DNA of 64,000 bases, taken from contig CAXXMD010000003.1 in the NCBI GenBank assembly GCA_963675755.2, forward strand, positions 3,456,001 through 3,520,000. The letters are read 5' to 3'. Positions within the stretch are counted from its first letter, which is position 1; each line of letters starts with the position of its first letter. Source of the stretch: a bacterium. GTDB lineage: Bacteria > Zhuqueibacterota > Zhuqueibacteria > Residuimicrobiales > Krinioviventaceae. Below the pieces are notes generated by a model. The model did no database searches and was not told the DNA's origin. It was given only the letters and a program-made list of their open reading frames with translations. Below are positions 31,524 to 42,900 of the stretch, piece after piece. The position numbers and the translations under genes were made by a program.

Positions 31524-32426
31524 TTGGAGAGTGTTATGATCTTTATTATATCGGTAATGGTAACCTTAACCGCTTTTTTTATGTGGCGACGTGCTGTACG
31601 AATGAAAAAGCAAAACAATAATGCATTTAAAACTGTTGCTGCCGGCAGCCTTTTTGCCTTATTTGTGTTTGGACTATTTTCGCTAATTCAATTTTTTACA
31701 CAGGTTCCGGCTGGCCATGTAGGCGTTATTGATGTTTTTGGTATTGTATCAGAGAGAACACTTCCGGCTGGAATTAATATAGTGAATCCATTTGCACGGA
31801 TTATCAAATTCTCAATCCAAACCAAAGAACATAAGGAAACAATGGAAGTACTGTCACGAGAAGGGCTCACCATTGGATTGGAGATTAGTGTGCTTTACCG
31901 ATTGAATCCTGATTCTGCGGCAAGTGTTTATAAAACTGTTGCAGGCGGTGATTATGAATCCATTATTCTCATTCCGCAATTCCGTTCCATCAGCCGCGCT
32001 GTAACGGCGAGCTTTCAGGCCAGTGCCCTTTATTCAACCGAACGGGACCAGTTGGGCTTAACGATTCAGGAAGAACTTGCCAAAGCTGTTGCGATACGCG
32101 GTGTAATGATTGAAACTACGCCCTTGCGCAATGTTGCACTGCCGGTTCAGCTTACCGAAGCGATTGAGCAAAAACAAAAGGCTGATCAGGAAAGCCAGCG
32201 GATGGAATTTATTCTAACCAAAGAAAAGCAGGAAGCTGACAGGAAACGGATCGAGGCAAAAGGTATTGCTGATTTCCAAACTATTGTAGCCGCAGGTATC
32301 AGTGAACAATTACTGCGCTGGAAAGGTATTGAAGCTACAGAGAAACTTGCCAATTCTCCTAATACCAAGGTAATTATTGTTGGTGCTGGAAAAGACGGTC
32401 TGCCGATAATCCTGGATACAAATTAA
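31524..32426 (+). CDS. SPFH/prohibitin family membrane protein
   Basis: Two TM helices, VPAGHVGV, AIEQKQKA, RKRIEAKGIA. Confidence 0.92.
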   Translation: MESVMIFIISVMVTLTAFFMWRRAVRMKKQNNNAFKTVAAGSLFALFVFGLFSLIQFFTQVPAGHVGVIDVFGIVSERTLPAGINIVNPFARIIKFSIQTKEHKETMEVLSREGLTIGLEISVLYRLNPDSAASVYKTVAGGDYESIILIPQFRSISRAVTASFQASALYSTERDQLGLTIQEELAKAVAIRGVMIETTPLRNVALPVQLTEAIEQKQKADQESQRMEFILTKEKQEADRKRIEAKGIADFQTIVAAGISEQLLRWKGIEATEKLANSPNTKVIIVGAGKDGLPIILDTN

Positions 32427-32606
32427 GATAATTCTATTTGTAACCATTGGAGCTAATGAATTCAAATATGTTAATGGGTCCTGGAAATATGAATAAATTA
32501 TGGATTTACTAATCAGATATTATTAAAAAGAAAAATTTTTATACACAATATTGTATTTTAAAACGACAGCTATTAATAATGTCAAAAAATAACAAGTGAA
32601 CAATAT

Positions 32607-32876
32607 ATGAAAAAATCAAATTTTAGCATAAAGAAAGAAAAAAAAGAGTATACAACGCTCGCTCAGCCATTCCAACGCCGTCTTTATCGAACTGCGCTTA
32701 TTTTAACCAAAAATCACAATTTGGCAATAGATGTAGTTAAAGCGACTAACCAGAATGCCGAGGAACAATATGCTTTTTTAAACACTGAAAATAATTTTGA
32801 TTTTAAAGTCTGGTTATTTCAGCTTTTAATGAATAACTTTATTCTTCATAAAAAGATCCAGGTCACTCTTTGTTAA
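32607..32876 (+). CDS. Second ECF sigma region-2-only small protein, or remnant
   Basis: RRLYRTALILTKN..LAIDVV...FKVWLFQLLMNNFI. Confidence 0.55.
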   Translation: MKKSNFSIKKEKKEYTTLAQPFQRRLYRTALILTKNHNLAIDVVKATNQNAEEQYAFLNTENNFDFKVWLFQLLMNNFILHKKIQVTLC

Positions 32877-32915
32877 CCAGACTTGAAATTTTTATAAAGT
32901 AATAAGGAGATAAAC

Positions 32916-33383
32916 ATGCAGGTAGAAATAAATAAAGTTGTTGCAATTTATTATACTCTGAGTTTGGATTCAGGGGATATAATAGTTACAACAAAAGCTC
33001 AAAAACCAAAGTACATTCTTGTTGGATATCATCAAATCATTCCCGGCCTGGAAAAAGCAATACTAGAGTTGAAAATTGGTGATCAGAAGAAAGGAACAAT
33101 TGATCCAAAAGATGCTTATGGACCTATAAATGAAAAGCGCATAAGGGCGTATCCCCGAAATACTATTCCTAATAGCATTGATTTGAAAATCGGGAGAATT
33201 CTAAAAACAAGAAAGAAAAATGGCCAGCACGTAAAATCAGTTGTTAAATCATATAATGAAAAAGAGGTTATTCTTGATTCAAACCACCCTTATACAGGTG
33301 AAACGTTGAATTTTAAACTCAAAATTGTACATATCAGAGAAGCAACTCGTGAGGAACTGGAATCCGGCAAGTTAACATTATAA
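32916..33383 (+). CDS. slyD: FKBP-type peptidyl-prolyl isomerase, SlyD-like, without the His-rich tail
   Basis: VVAIYYTL, IIPGLEKA, PKDAYG, DSNHPYTGETLNF, REATREEL. Confidence 0.85.
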   Translation: MQVEINKVVAIYYTLSLDSGDIIVTTKAQKPKYILVGYHQIIPGLEKAILELKIGDQKKGTIDPKDAYGPINEKRIRAYPRNTIPNSIDLKIGRILKTRKKNGQHVKSVVKSYNEKEVILDSNHPYTGETLNFKLKIVHIREATREELESGKLTL

Positions 33384-33534
33384 AGTATATGTCCGTTAAC
33401 TCTACAAATTTTACGGAATGTGCAGAATGATAAAAATATTTGATAAGGAGGTTTGGTTAAAAGTGTAATCCTGATCAAATAAAAAGAGTCAAATAGCAAT
33501 TATTTTTTTATATAAGCATTTATAAGGAATATGA

Positions 33535-35193
33535 ATGAAAAATTTACTAAAAAAGGGTACAAGATGTCTCATTATACAATCAAAATTCTCAGCATTTAGT
33601 TATTGGAACTATACGGATATATGTGAAATTGTCGGTGCGAAATATCCGGCTGCTCCTCTGGGTTTAATGACAGTAGCAGCATTGTTACCGCAACAGTGGG
33701 AATTTAAATTGTTAGATGCAAATGTAGAACCTTTACGTGATCAGCATTTCGAATGGGCGGATATTGTTTGTACCGGGGGTATGCTTCCTCAACAGAAGAA
33801 TATTTTAGCTATCATAAACAAGGCGCATCAGTATGGTCGTCCTGTTGTTGTCGGTGGACCTGATCCGTCATTACAACCGAACATGTATGAATCTGCCGAT
33901 TACCTGGTTCAGGGAGAAGGTGAGATTACCATTCCCATGTTTATTCAGGATTTGGAAAAAGGTAGCAAGAGTGGTGTATACAGGTCAGATGAGCGGGCAG
34001 ATATGACCCGGGCTGTTGTACCCAGGTTTGATTTAATCCGATTTGAAGATTATATCCAGGTAGGGATTCAGTTTTCCCGCGGATGTCCATTTAATTGTGA
34101 ATTTTGTGATATCATTGAACTGAATGGACGAAAATCCCGGACCAAAACTGAAGAGCAGGTCATTGATGAGCTGCAGACACTTTATGATCTAGGTTATCGG
34201 GGGCATATTGATTTTGTTGACGATAATTTTATCGGTAACAAACATAATGTTAGAAAAGTGCTGCCCCAGATCAAAGAATGGTCTTTGAAACACCATTATC
34301 CTTTTTATTTTTCAACTGAAGCTTCAATAAATCTGGCTGATGATGATGAACTTTTACAAATGATGCGGGATGTGGATTTTAGATTTGTCTTTATTGGAAT
34401 AGAAACTCCCGATAATGAAATATTGAAAATGACCAAAAAAACCGCAAATATAAATATTCCTGTTGCCAAAGCTGTAAAAAAAATCAATTCTTTTGGCATG
34501 ATTGTCAATGCAGGTTTCATTATTGGTTTTGATAATGAAACAAAGCAAACCGCTTCAAACATGATCAGGTGTATTCAGGATTCGGGGATATGCATGGCTA
34601 TGTTGGGAACTTTGTATGCATTGCCGAACACACAATTAACCAGACGTTTAAAAAAAGAGGGTAGGTTGTTCGAGGATGGTTCAATACTTCGGGATTCCAA
34701 TACTGAAATAGATCAAATGACGAGCGGTTTGAATTTTATCACTGCAAGACCCCGGATCGAGGTTTTGAAGGACTATGTCCGGGTTATTAAATATATTTAT
34801 GAGCCAAAACGTTATTATGAGAGAGCTGTTCAAATGGGCCTTCAGTTGAAACCAGATTATAAATATAGACCGACTTTGAGGAAAAAATTCAAGCTTGCAA
34901 AGGCATTTATTACACTTGATTTTAAAGTTGGATTTGACAAATCAACCGGATGGCACTTTTGGAAGATGCTTTCCATAATTTTTTTTAAGAATCCCAGGGC
35001 AATTGAAGCGATGGTAAATCTGGCTGCCATGTTTATACATTTTCAAAAGATGTCAAAATTTATCATTGATCTTACAAATCTTGATATCCAAAAATTAGAG
35101 CGTAGTGAAAACAAGGATTGTACTCAATTGTTGTTTCAAAAAGAAAAATATTCTTATGGTTTGACCCAACAATTAGAGATTTTGAAAAATTAA
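33535..35193 (+). CDS. Cobalamin-binding radical SAM enzyme (DUF4070/HpnP-like)
   Basis: APLGLMTVAALLP, VVVGGPD, SRGCPFNCEFC, FVDDNFIGN. Confidence 0.9.
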   Translation: MKNLLKKGTRCLIIQSKFSAFSYWNYTDICEIVGAKYPAAPLGLMTVAALLPQQWEFKLLDANVEPLRDQHFEWADIVCTGGMLPQQKNILAIINKAHQYGRPVVVGGPDPSLQPNMYESADYLVQGEGEITIPMFIQDLEKGSKSGVYRSDERADMTRAVVPRFDLIRFEDYIQVGIQFSRGCPFNCEFCDIIELNGRKSRTKTEEQVIDELQTLYDLGYRGHIDFVDDNFIGNKHNVRKVLPQIKEWSLKHHYPFYFSTEASINLADDDELLQMMRDVDFRFVFIGIETPDNEILKMTKKTANINIPVAKAVKKINSFGMIVNAGFIIGFDNETKQTASNMIRCIQDSGICMAMLGTLYALPNTQLTRRLKKEGRLFEDGSILRDSNTEIDQMTSGLNFITARPRIEVLKDYVRVIKYIYEPKRYYERAVQMGLQLKPDYKYRPTLRKKFKLAKAFITLDFKVGFDKSTGWHFWKMLSIIFFKNPRAIEAMVNLAAMFIHFQKMSKFIIDLTNLDIQKLERSENKDCTQLLFQKEKYSYGLTQQLEILKN

Positions 35194-35559
35194 TAGAATT
35201 AATGATGTGAATATCTGGTATTATCAAATTGTCTTTCCGTTATTCTTGTCTTCATTTTCGATTTGAATGAGGAAGTTTTAATGTTTTAACTGGATTTGAC
35301 TGGCATGAAATTCGTGCAAAACTATTGGGCTTGATAAACAAAACAGGTTTACAAATTCAGATCATTTTCAATCTCGTTCAAATATGAAAATACACTACAA
35401 GGAGCCACCAGGAGAATGAATCAAAGTACCAAAACTTTGTATTTCAAGGTTTTTCCAAAAACTGCTTGTAAAATGATCCATTCTCAATGTCATTTGCATA
35501 AAAAAATTTCCTTATTTAATACGTAAAACAGTCCATTTCTTCTAAATGGTTAAAATCAT

Positions 35560-36440
35560 TCACTTCGCGTGTATCATTTTTTTAACAGTACTAAATTCTC
35601 CTGTATCCATTTCATAGAAATAAATTCCGTTTGCCAAATCAGACGCATTAAATTCAATTTTATGATTACCCGCCGATTGTTTTCCATTTACAAGCGTTTT
35701 TACTTCGCGACCCAGCAAGTCATATACAGTAATTGTAACATATCCTGATTCGGGTATTTCGTAATATATTGTTGTTGTAGGATTGAATGGATTTGGATAG
35801 TTTTGATACAACGCATATTGGGTAGCAACGGTTGTTCCGGATTTGATCTCTGTTGTATTCAAATTGCCTGAATACAAATAAACGTTGCCAATTCTTGTGT
35901 CTCCGGTATGTTCAATTGAACTGACAAGTATATCTTTATAGCCATCGTTATTTACATCACCAGCAAGAGAAATGGATTGGATGCCATCAAAATAATCGCT
36001 GATATGCAGAGTAAAGTCCGGTTCAGTATCCATTTCAGTTCCACCGAAAAAGAAATATATATTGTTTTCATCGCTTACCAATATATCATCAAAGTCATCG
36101 TGATTTATATCACCTGCATTGGCAGCGCATTTTCCAAAATTTAACAGATCTTTTTCAATAATAATATCTGGATTTTCATCCATATCAGTACCACCATAGT
36201 AGATAGAAACATAGCTGGATGGGCCTACTGTTGATCCCATATAAGGTGCTCCAACAATGATATCATTAAATCCATCATTGTTGACATCACCCGCAGATGT
36301 AATTGTATTGCCGATTCTTTGATTGCCCGATCCGGTAATGATAACATCAGGATTGCTGTCCAGCGTATTGTTTCCAAAATAAATATAGACACGTCCAACA
36401 TTCACGGTTTCGCCAGCTATTTCATAACCCGGGGCACCTA
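35560..36440 (-). pseudogene. 5'-truncated FG-GAP repeat protein with a T9SS-type C-terminal sorting domain
   Basis: AGDVNNDGFNDIIVGAP repeats and QNYPNPFNP CTD; begins mid-repeat with no signal peptide. Confidence 0.8.
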
Positions 36441-38341
36441 AAGGACATGAGGTAGCTTGGGAGCAATTTGAGATACCAACAAATGCCATGCCTAAACCTA
36501 TGATCGAACTTGCAAAGATGCCGTCCCTGAAAATTCAGGATTCTGAAGATAAAGTCGTTATCGATGGAAAAGAATTTAATGTTACATTTGATCGTAAAAG
36601 TGGGATGCTCAAATCTTACAACTATCAGGGACATGAATTTATTCATTCAAATCCGGGTAATTTAAGCGGACCTGTATTGAACGTTTACCGTGCACCGTTG
36701 GATAATGATGTGAGGGTTAAAGACACCTGGGACCTTGCCGGATTGAGTGACTTGAAACATGAATTAATATCCTTTGATTTTCAAAAAATGGAGCCTCAGG
36801 TCATTCAATTGCATATAGAGAGTAAATATAAAGCAAAAGATGGAAAAGGATTCAATCATTTTTGTACATATACAATCTTTGGTAACGGTGATGTTTTTAT
36901 GGACAATTATATTGAACCTTTTGGTGAACTGCCAACGTTGCCTCGTATTGGTTTTGAAATGATAGTTCCTGCTGAATTTGAAAATTTTTGTTGGTATGGT
37001 CGTGGACCCCATGAAAATTATGCTGACCGTAAAACCGGAGCCGCTGTGGGAATGTACAAAAGTACTGTAAATGATCAATATGTACCGTATGTCAAGCCGC
37101 AGGACAATGGCAGCAAACAGGATGTTCGCTGGGCAGCCTTGCTTAATGACGAAAATACCGGGTTGGTGATTGTGAGTCGAAACGCTTTATTCTCCATGAC
37201 AGCGCTGCATTATTCAATCCACGATCTGGAAAAAACAAGACATACGAATGAATTACAGCGCAGTAACGATATTTTTATTCATATTGATGCCAGACAGAGA
37301 GGTGTTGGAAATGCCAGTTGCGGACCAGATATTTTGGAAAAGTACAAAGTTGAGCCTGAACCAACACGTTTCAGTTTCAGTTTTCGACCATACAATTCAG
37401 AAAAAGATGATCTTGCTGCCTTTTGCAGATCAGTTTTGCCAATAACAGCTGAACCGATTATTAAACGTGACAAACAGGGCATGGTTACAATGAATGCTGG
37501 TCTGGAAAATGTATTAATCCGTTATACACTTGATGGTTCTGAACCTACCTCCGCTTCTTTGGTATATAATGCTCCATTCACCAAGATTGATAAGGGAATC
37601 ATCAAAGCCCGTGCATTTACCCAAAACATGTTGACAAGCCGAACGGTTACTTTGAATGTTAAGCAACTGGATGTTATAACACCGGTCATTTTTCCTCAAG
37701 ATACATATTTTGCTGATTCGGTACTGGTAAAAATAAATAGTGAAACTGATGGTGCGGAAATTTATTATACTGTGAATGGCAGTATACCTGACCAGAATTC
37801 AATGCATTACAAAAAACCGTTCAATATTAATAAATCTATGGAAATAAAAGCAATTGCCCTTAAAAGAGGATACAAGCCAAGTCAGGTTGCGTCATCTCAA
37901 ATAGAAATAAGAATTCCCCAGGCAGACGGAATTGATTACAGATATTACGAAGGATCCTGGCAGAGATTACCGGATTTTAAAATGTTAACACCGGTTAAGA
38001 CCGGTCATGTTTCACAAATCAAACTTGACAATATTGAGATACGTAAAGAATTGTTTGGTATAGAATACAGTGGATTTATTAATATTAAAGAAGCTGGTGA
38101 ATATACATTTTTTCTCCAATCTAACGACGGCAGCAAGCTGTTTGTTGATGCAGTGGAGGTTGTTGATAATGGTGGTCAACATGGTGCACTGGTAAAACAG
38201 GGTACAATACAATTGGATGTTGGTAAACACCCTATTCAGGTTTATTATTTTGATGCAGGTGGTTCACATATGATCAAAGTTTCAATACAAAGTGCATCTA
38301 TGGAAAAACAGGAAATTCCGGTAGAAATGTATTTACGCTAG
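36432..38341 (+). pseudogene. 5'-truncated GH2 beta-galactosidase (small-chain domain, two chitobiase/FN3-associated domains, PA14)
   Basis: In-frame APKGHEVAWEQF upstream of the ATG at 36488; WYGRGPHENYADRK, GVGNASCGP, YTLDGSEP, SNDGSKL; the catalytic barrel is absent. Confidence 0.8.
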
Positions 38342-38409
38342 TTGCCGGAGATTGAATTAATGTTATTAAATTTCAAGTATTGAGAAAATTATAATTCTTG
38401 GAGGTCCAG

Positions 38410-39882
38410 ATGTCTACTCTGCAAAAGCTTTTAATTTTGAGTGTGTTTTTATTCTTTTCTTGTAACAATAACAACACTGAAAAGCTAGTACAAAAAACAC
38501 AACCTTTAGAAAATGTAAAAAATGATTTGTTAGCGATTAATAACAAGGGTAAACTCGTTTTTACATTTTCAGTATTGGCGTATACAGTAGACTCTGATTG
38601 GGGGCAAGGCGTTCCTAAAATGGGTATGGAGCGGTTGGCAACATTAGCTCATAAATATGATATCCCGATAACATGGCTTATTGATCCCGGTTCAGGGCTT
38701 GCCATGAAGAGTAAGATAGACAAGTGGCACAAAGAATTTGGTGACGATATTGGTCTGGTCTGGGGCCATTCCCACGCAACACCCACAGCATATCGGAACC
38801 CGCAGCAGGCACTTGATTCTTTAAAAGTACTCTTTCCATGGTCAAAAGTTGATTTGGCTGCTTCGGGAACACGTTCCAATGAATTGTTACAAAAAGTAAC
38901 ACAGGCAGGCATGTCTGCAATATGGGGTTCTTGCTGGGAACAGGTTGGAATTGATAGAATTACCGACCGGGGCGCACCCTGGGGATATTTTTATGCTGCA
39001 GACGATTGTTTTAAAATCCCTTCGAGAGATGATGGGGGCTTGGTCTCTGTAGAGTGGACTACACGTGATCTGTTAAAATCCATTCATTCTCATGCTCCAA
39101 CGATTTATTCCAGTGATCCGGATGATGTTGGTAGAACAGATATCTGCACAGGTGATAATATTGACTATTGGCGTGGTTTTTTTAACAACTATATCCGTAA
39201 TATTGCTCATAATAAAGTTGTGTTTTTCCCTCAGCATCAGGAAGCACATGAAATGGAATATAGCGATGCATGCCGGGAATTTACACCTGAAGAAATTGAA
39301 AAATCTGAAAAAATGTTGGATGCTTTTTTTGCCCATGTCAAGACTTTTAATGATATGGTTGATTTTATGACTGTACCCGAGGCGGTAAATTTTTATCGGG
39401 ATAATTTTAAAGAAACTGAACCCTGTGCAATGATTTTTGATGATGTCCCGGCGCCAAAACCACCATTCTGGTATGCGGCCAAAAGTAACCGTGCTACAGG
39501 GCCCTGGCCACAAACACTTTTCTATTATGATAAGGATTGTCAGGTTGTATTTATTAAAGATCAATTTAATCCAATCTTGTTGCGCGATTATGTACATAAC
39601 AGACAAGTTGATGATCCTGATTATTTTGCAGTACAAAGAATTCCTCAAGTTAAGGTTAACACGCCTTGGGAAAGAAGAGAATTTACTGAAATTCCCCTGG
39701 AGATTAATACTGAAAAAGAAATGCCCTATGCCACAGCATTGTGGTATGATTTTACGCGTTTTAAAGTGGAAAAAGTTGAGGGCGCAGATATTATTGGTCC
39801 TATTGAAGATCAGGTTATAATTCTACGACTGAATTTGAAAAAGGGTGTGAATAAAATTGATATAAAGTTGAGCAAGATTTAA
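38410..39882 (+). CDS. Lipoprotein of unknown function, probably carbohydrate-active
   Basis: Lipobox FFSC; GSCWEQ, DRGAPW and EWTTRD; lies between glycosidase genes. Confidence 0.6.
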   Translation: MSTLQKLLILSVFLFFSCNNNNTEKLVQKTQPLENVKNDLLAINNKGKLVFTFSVLAYTVDSDWGQGVPKMGMERLATLAHKYDIPITWLIDPGSGLAMKSKIDKWHKEFGDDIGLVWGHSHATPTAYRNPQQALDSLKVLFPWSKVDLAASGTRSNELLQKVTQAGMSAIWGSCWEQVGIDRITDRGAPWGYFYAADDCFKIPSRDDGGLVSVEWTTRDLLKSIHSHAPTIYSSDPDDVGRTDICTGDNIDYWRGFFNNYIRNIAHNKVVFFPQHQEAHEMEYSDACREFTPEEIEKSEKMLDAFFAHVKTFNDMVDFMTVPEAVNFYRDNFKETEPCAMIFDDVPAPKPPFWYAAKSNRATGPWPQTLFYYDKDCQVVFIKDQFNPILLRDYVHNRQVDDPDYFAVQRIPQVKVNTPWERREFTEIPLEINTEKEMPYATALWYDFTRFKVEKVEGADIIGPIEDQVIILRLNLKKGVNKIDIKLSKI

Positions 39883-39994
39883 AGTTTGCACTTTTAAGAA
39901 CGAAAAAGTATCAATAGTTCTAAATTAGGAATGATTGATAAAAACAATGATTTGAAAACATTTGCTTTAATAATATCAATAAAGGAAAAGTGAA

Positions 39995-42900
39995 ATGATA
40001 AAATTTAAAACATTACTCTCAAGCTATAGTTCTTTTCAATTCATTCTTCTTTTTGTTCATTTATTATTTTCGCTTTTCTTTATACAAAATACTTTTGCAG
40101 AGAATACAAAGCAAAATTGTAGTTTAACGCTGGTACCTCCATCACCGGTTAGTGACCAGATTGTAGTTACAATACGAAGCGCTTTGAGGAATCAATTTGA
40201 TCAGGATAAAGAATTTGAAGCTGCAATTTATCTGGATCGGGAAGACGATGCTGCTTTATTATATAAGGAATCTGTAATTGTACCTGCAAAGTCAGTAAAA
40301 GGAATCTCTTTTCGCTGGCATACAAAAGACTATGCAGGAGATCATGAGATTATCTTAAAAGTAAAATCCGGGAAAAATGTATCAAAACAAAAACAGTTTT
40401 TAAAAATAGTTAAATCTGATAATCCATCGATAGCTACAATTGACGGTGCCTGGTGTGGCTTTTATATGTGGGGTAATGAGGGCGTACTATGGATGGATGA
40501 ATTGGTAAAAATGACCGAAATTCAGTGGCGTGAACTTGTTCGTGCTATGGATGAAATTGGCATGAATATAATTGTACTTCAAGAATCTTTTCGTAATCAA
40601 GAATATGCTGATGCTCATTCCATTGAGCAGGAAGGGTATAAAGGAAAAGCTTTTTATCCTTCCCGTTTATTTCCTGGACGAATGTCAATTGAATCTAAAG
40701 ATCCTTTAGAAGTTATTCTTTGTGAAGCAGATGAACGTGGTATGCATGTATTTGTACCGGTTGGTCTTTATGCCTGGTTTGATTTTAGTAAAGGTTCCCT
40801 GCAATGGCATAAAAAGGTTGCAACTGAACTGTGGCAACGTTATGGTCACCATTCTTCATTTTATGGGTGGTATATTTCTGAAGAGGTTGATGGTTCGCTT
40901 TCCTCAAATAATACTGATGATATTGTTATCAATCGACATCACGCTGATATTGTCCATTTCTTTAAAGAGTTTCAGGCCCATGTTCGCACATTAACACCTG
41001 ACAAACCGGTCTTATTTGCTCCCAGTTGTCATAATATCAGGGACGGGCTGAATGTTTATCCTAAACTGTTGCCTCATATTGATATACTTTGTCCTTTTGG
41101 TTTTAGTCGAATGCCGGAAGGTGATCTGACTGGCGAGCAGGCAGCAGCTCAACTGCAGCAACTTTGTGACAATGCGGGTACACACTTTTGGATGGACCTG
41201 GAAGCTTTTTTATTTGGTGAACATGAAGAACTCTATCCACGAGATATTGAAGGTATAATCAGTGATTTGAATCGTTTCAACAATTTTGAAAAAATAATTT
41301 GTTTTCAATATCCAGGACTTTTTAATGCACCCTGGGCATCACGCAAGCCCGGTGGCGAAGCGACAGTCAAGCTTTATCGTGATTATAAATCATATTATGA
41401 CAAGAAAACTGTTGAATTTGAAAATCAAGAGCTTTTAAGTAACAATGATATAGCCGAGTATCGAAATCCGGCATTACCTGTTGAAAAACGAGTCAATGAT
41501 TTGTTGAATCGTATGTCATTTGCCGAAAAGGTGGATATGGTGAGCGGGGCTGGATTTACTACAAAACCCAACATTCGTCTGGGTATCCCTGAAATTGTTA
41601 TGACCGATGGCCCACTGGGACCCAATACAAAAGGTCGCGCAACAAATTATTCTGCAAGTATCAATATGGCATCTACCTGGGATGATTTATTAATCAAACG
41701 GGTTGGTGTTTCCATGGGCGAGGAAACGCGCGTTTTAGGCCGCAACATGCTCCTGGGCCCTTGCCTGAATATTGCCCGGGTACCTCAACATGGCAGAACA
41801 TTTGAAAGTTTTGGTGAAGATCCATTCCTGACGTCACGAATGGCTGTGGCTTATATTAAAGGTGTACAGAGCCAGCGGGTTATAACCAGTACTAAACATT
41901 TTGCTGTAAATAATCAGGAATGGAATCGAGGTGTTGTAGATGTGAATGTGGACGAACGAGCGCTACGCGAAATTTATTTACCTGCATTTAAAGCTGCAGT
42001 TCAGGAAGCTGACACGTGGTCTATTATGGCAGCGTATAATAAATTCCGAGGTGCTTATTGTTGCTCCAACCGGTATCTATTGACTGATATACTCAAAAAT
42101 GATTGGGGATTTGATGGGTTTGTTGTATCGGATTGGGGTGGAGTGCACAATACGGTGCAGACAGCGAATTCAGGGCTCGATTTGGAAATGCCTGATGGTG
42201 CATTTTTAGGTGATGATTTGATTGCAGCAATTGAGCACGGGGAGGTTTCAAAAGATGTTGTTGATGAAAAAGTCCGTCGGATATTATGGGTTATGTTCAA
42301 AGCAGGTCTTTTTGACGAGTCGGTAAAAGATTATGGTGGATTAGCTAATACGGAAGAACGTCGTGCTCTGGCATTAGAAGTAGCTCGTAAAAGTATTGTT
42401 TTGCTTAAAAATGAAAATAAAATATTACCGTTGGACCGAAACAAGATAAAATCCATTGCTGTGATTGGTCCTAATGCTGATGAAGCCCGAATGTATGGTG
42501 GAGGCAGCGGATATTTACCCGCACACTATGCAATATCACCGCTTCTGGGTTTACATGATAGGGTAGGAGACGATATTGAAATCCGATTTGTTAAAAGCGG
42601 TCGTCTCAAACGCCAGACATTGCCTGCAATAGAATCCATATTATTAACTCCTTCCGGAGCAAAAACGGGTGAACACGGCCTATTGGGTGAATATTTTAAC
42701 AATAAAGACCTTGAGGGAGAGCCTGCTCTAAGTAGAATTGATGATCAGGTCGATTTTAGTTGGGACACTGATTCACCTGCTCCTGGTGTTTTGAATGAAG
42801 ATTTGTTTTCAGCAAGATGGACAGGTACATTCACATCTCCCGGTTCTGGTATGTTTGAATTGGGTATTATGAGTGATAATGGCTGTAGGCTCTATTTGGA

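Noticed and set aside
33535-35193. hpnP hopanoid methylase assignment
   Set aside because: Family resemblance only; no hopanoid genes in the window.
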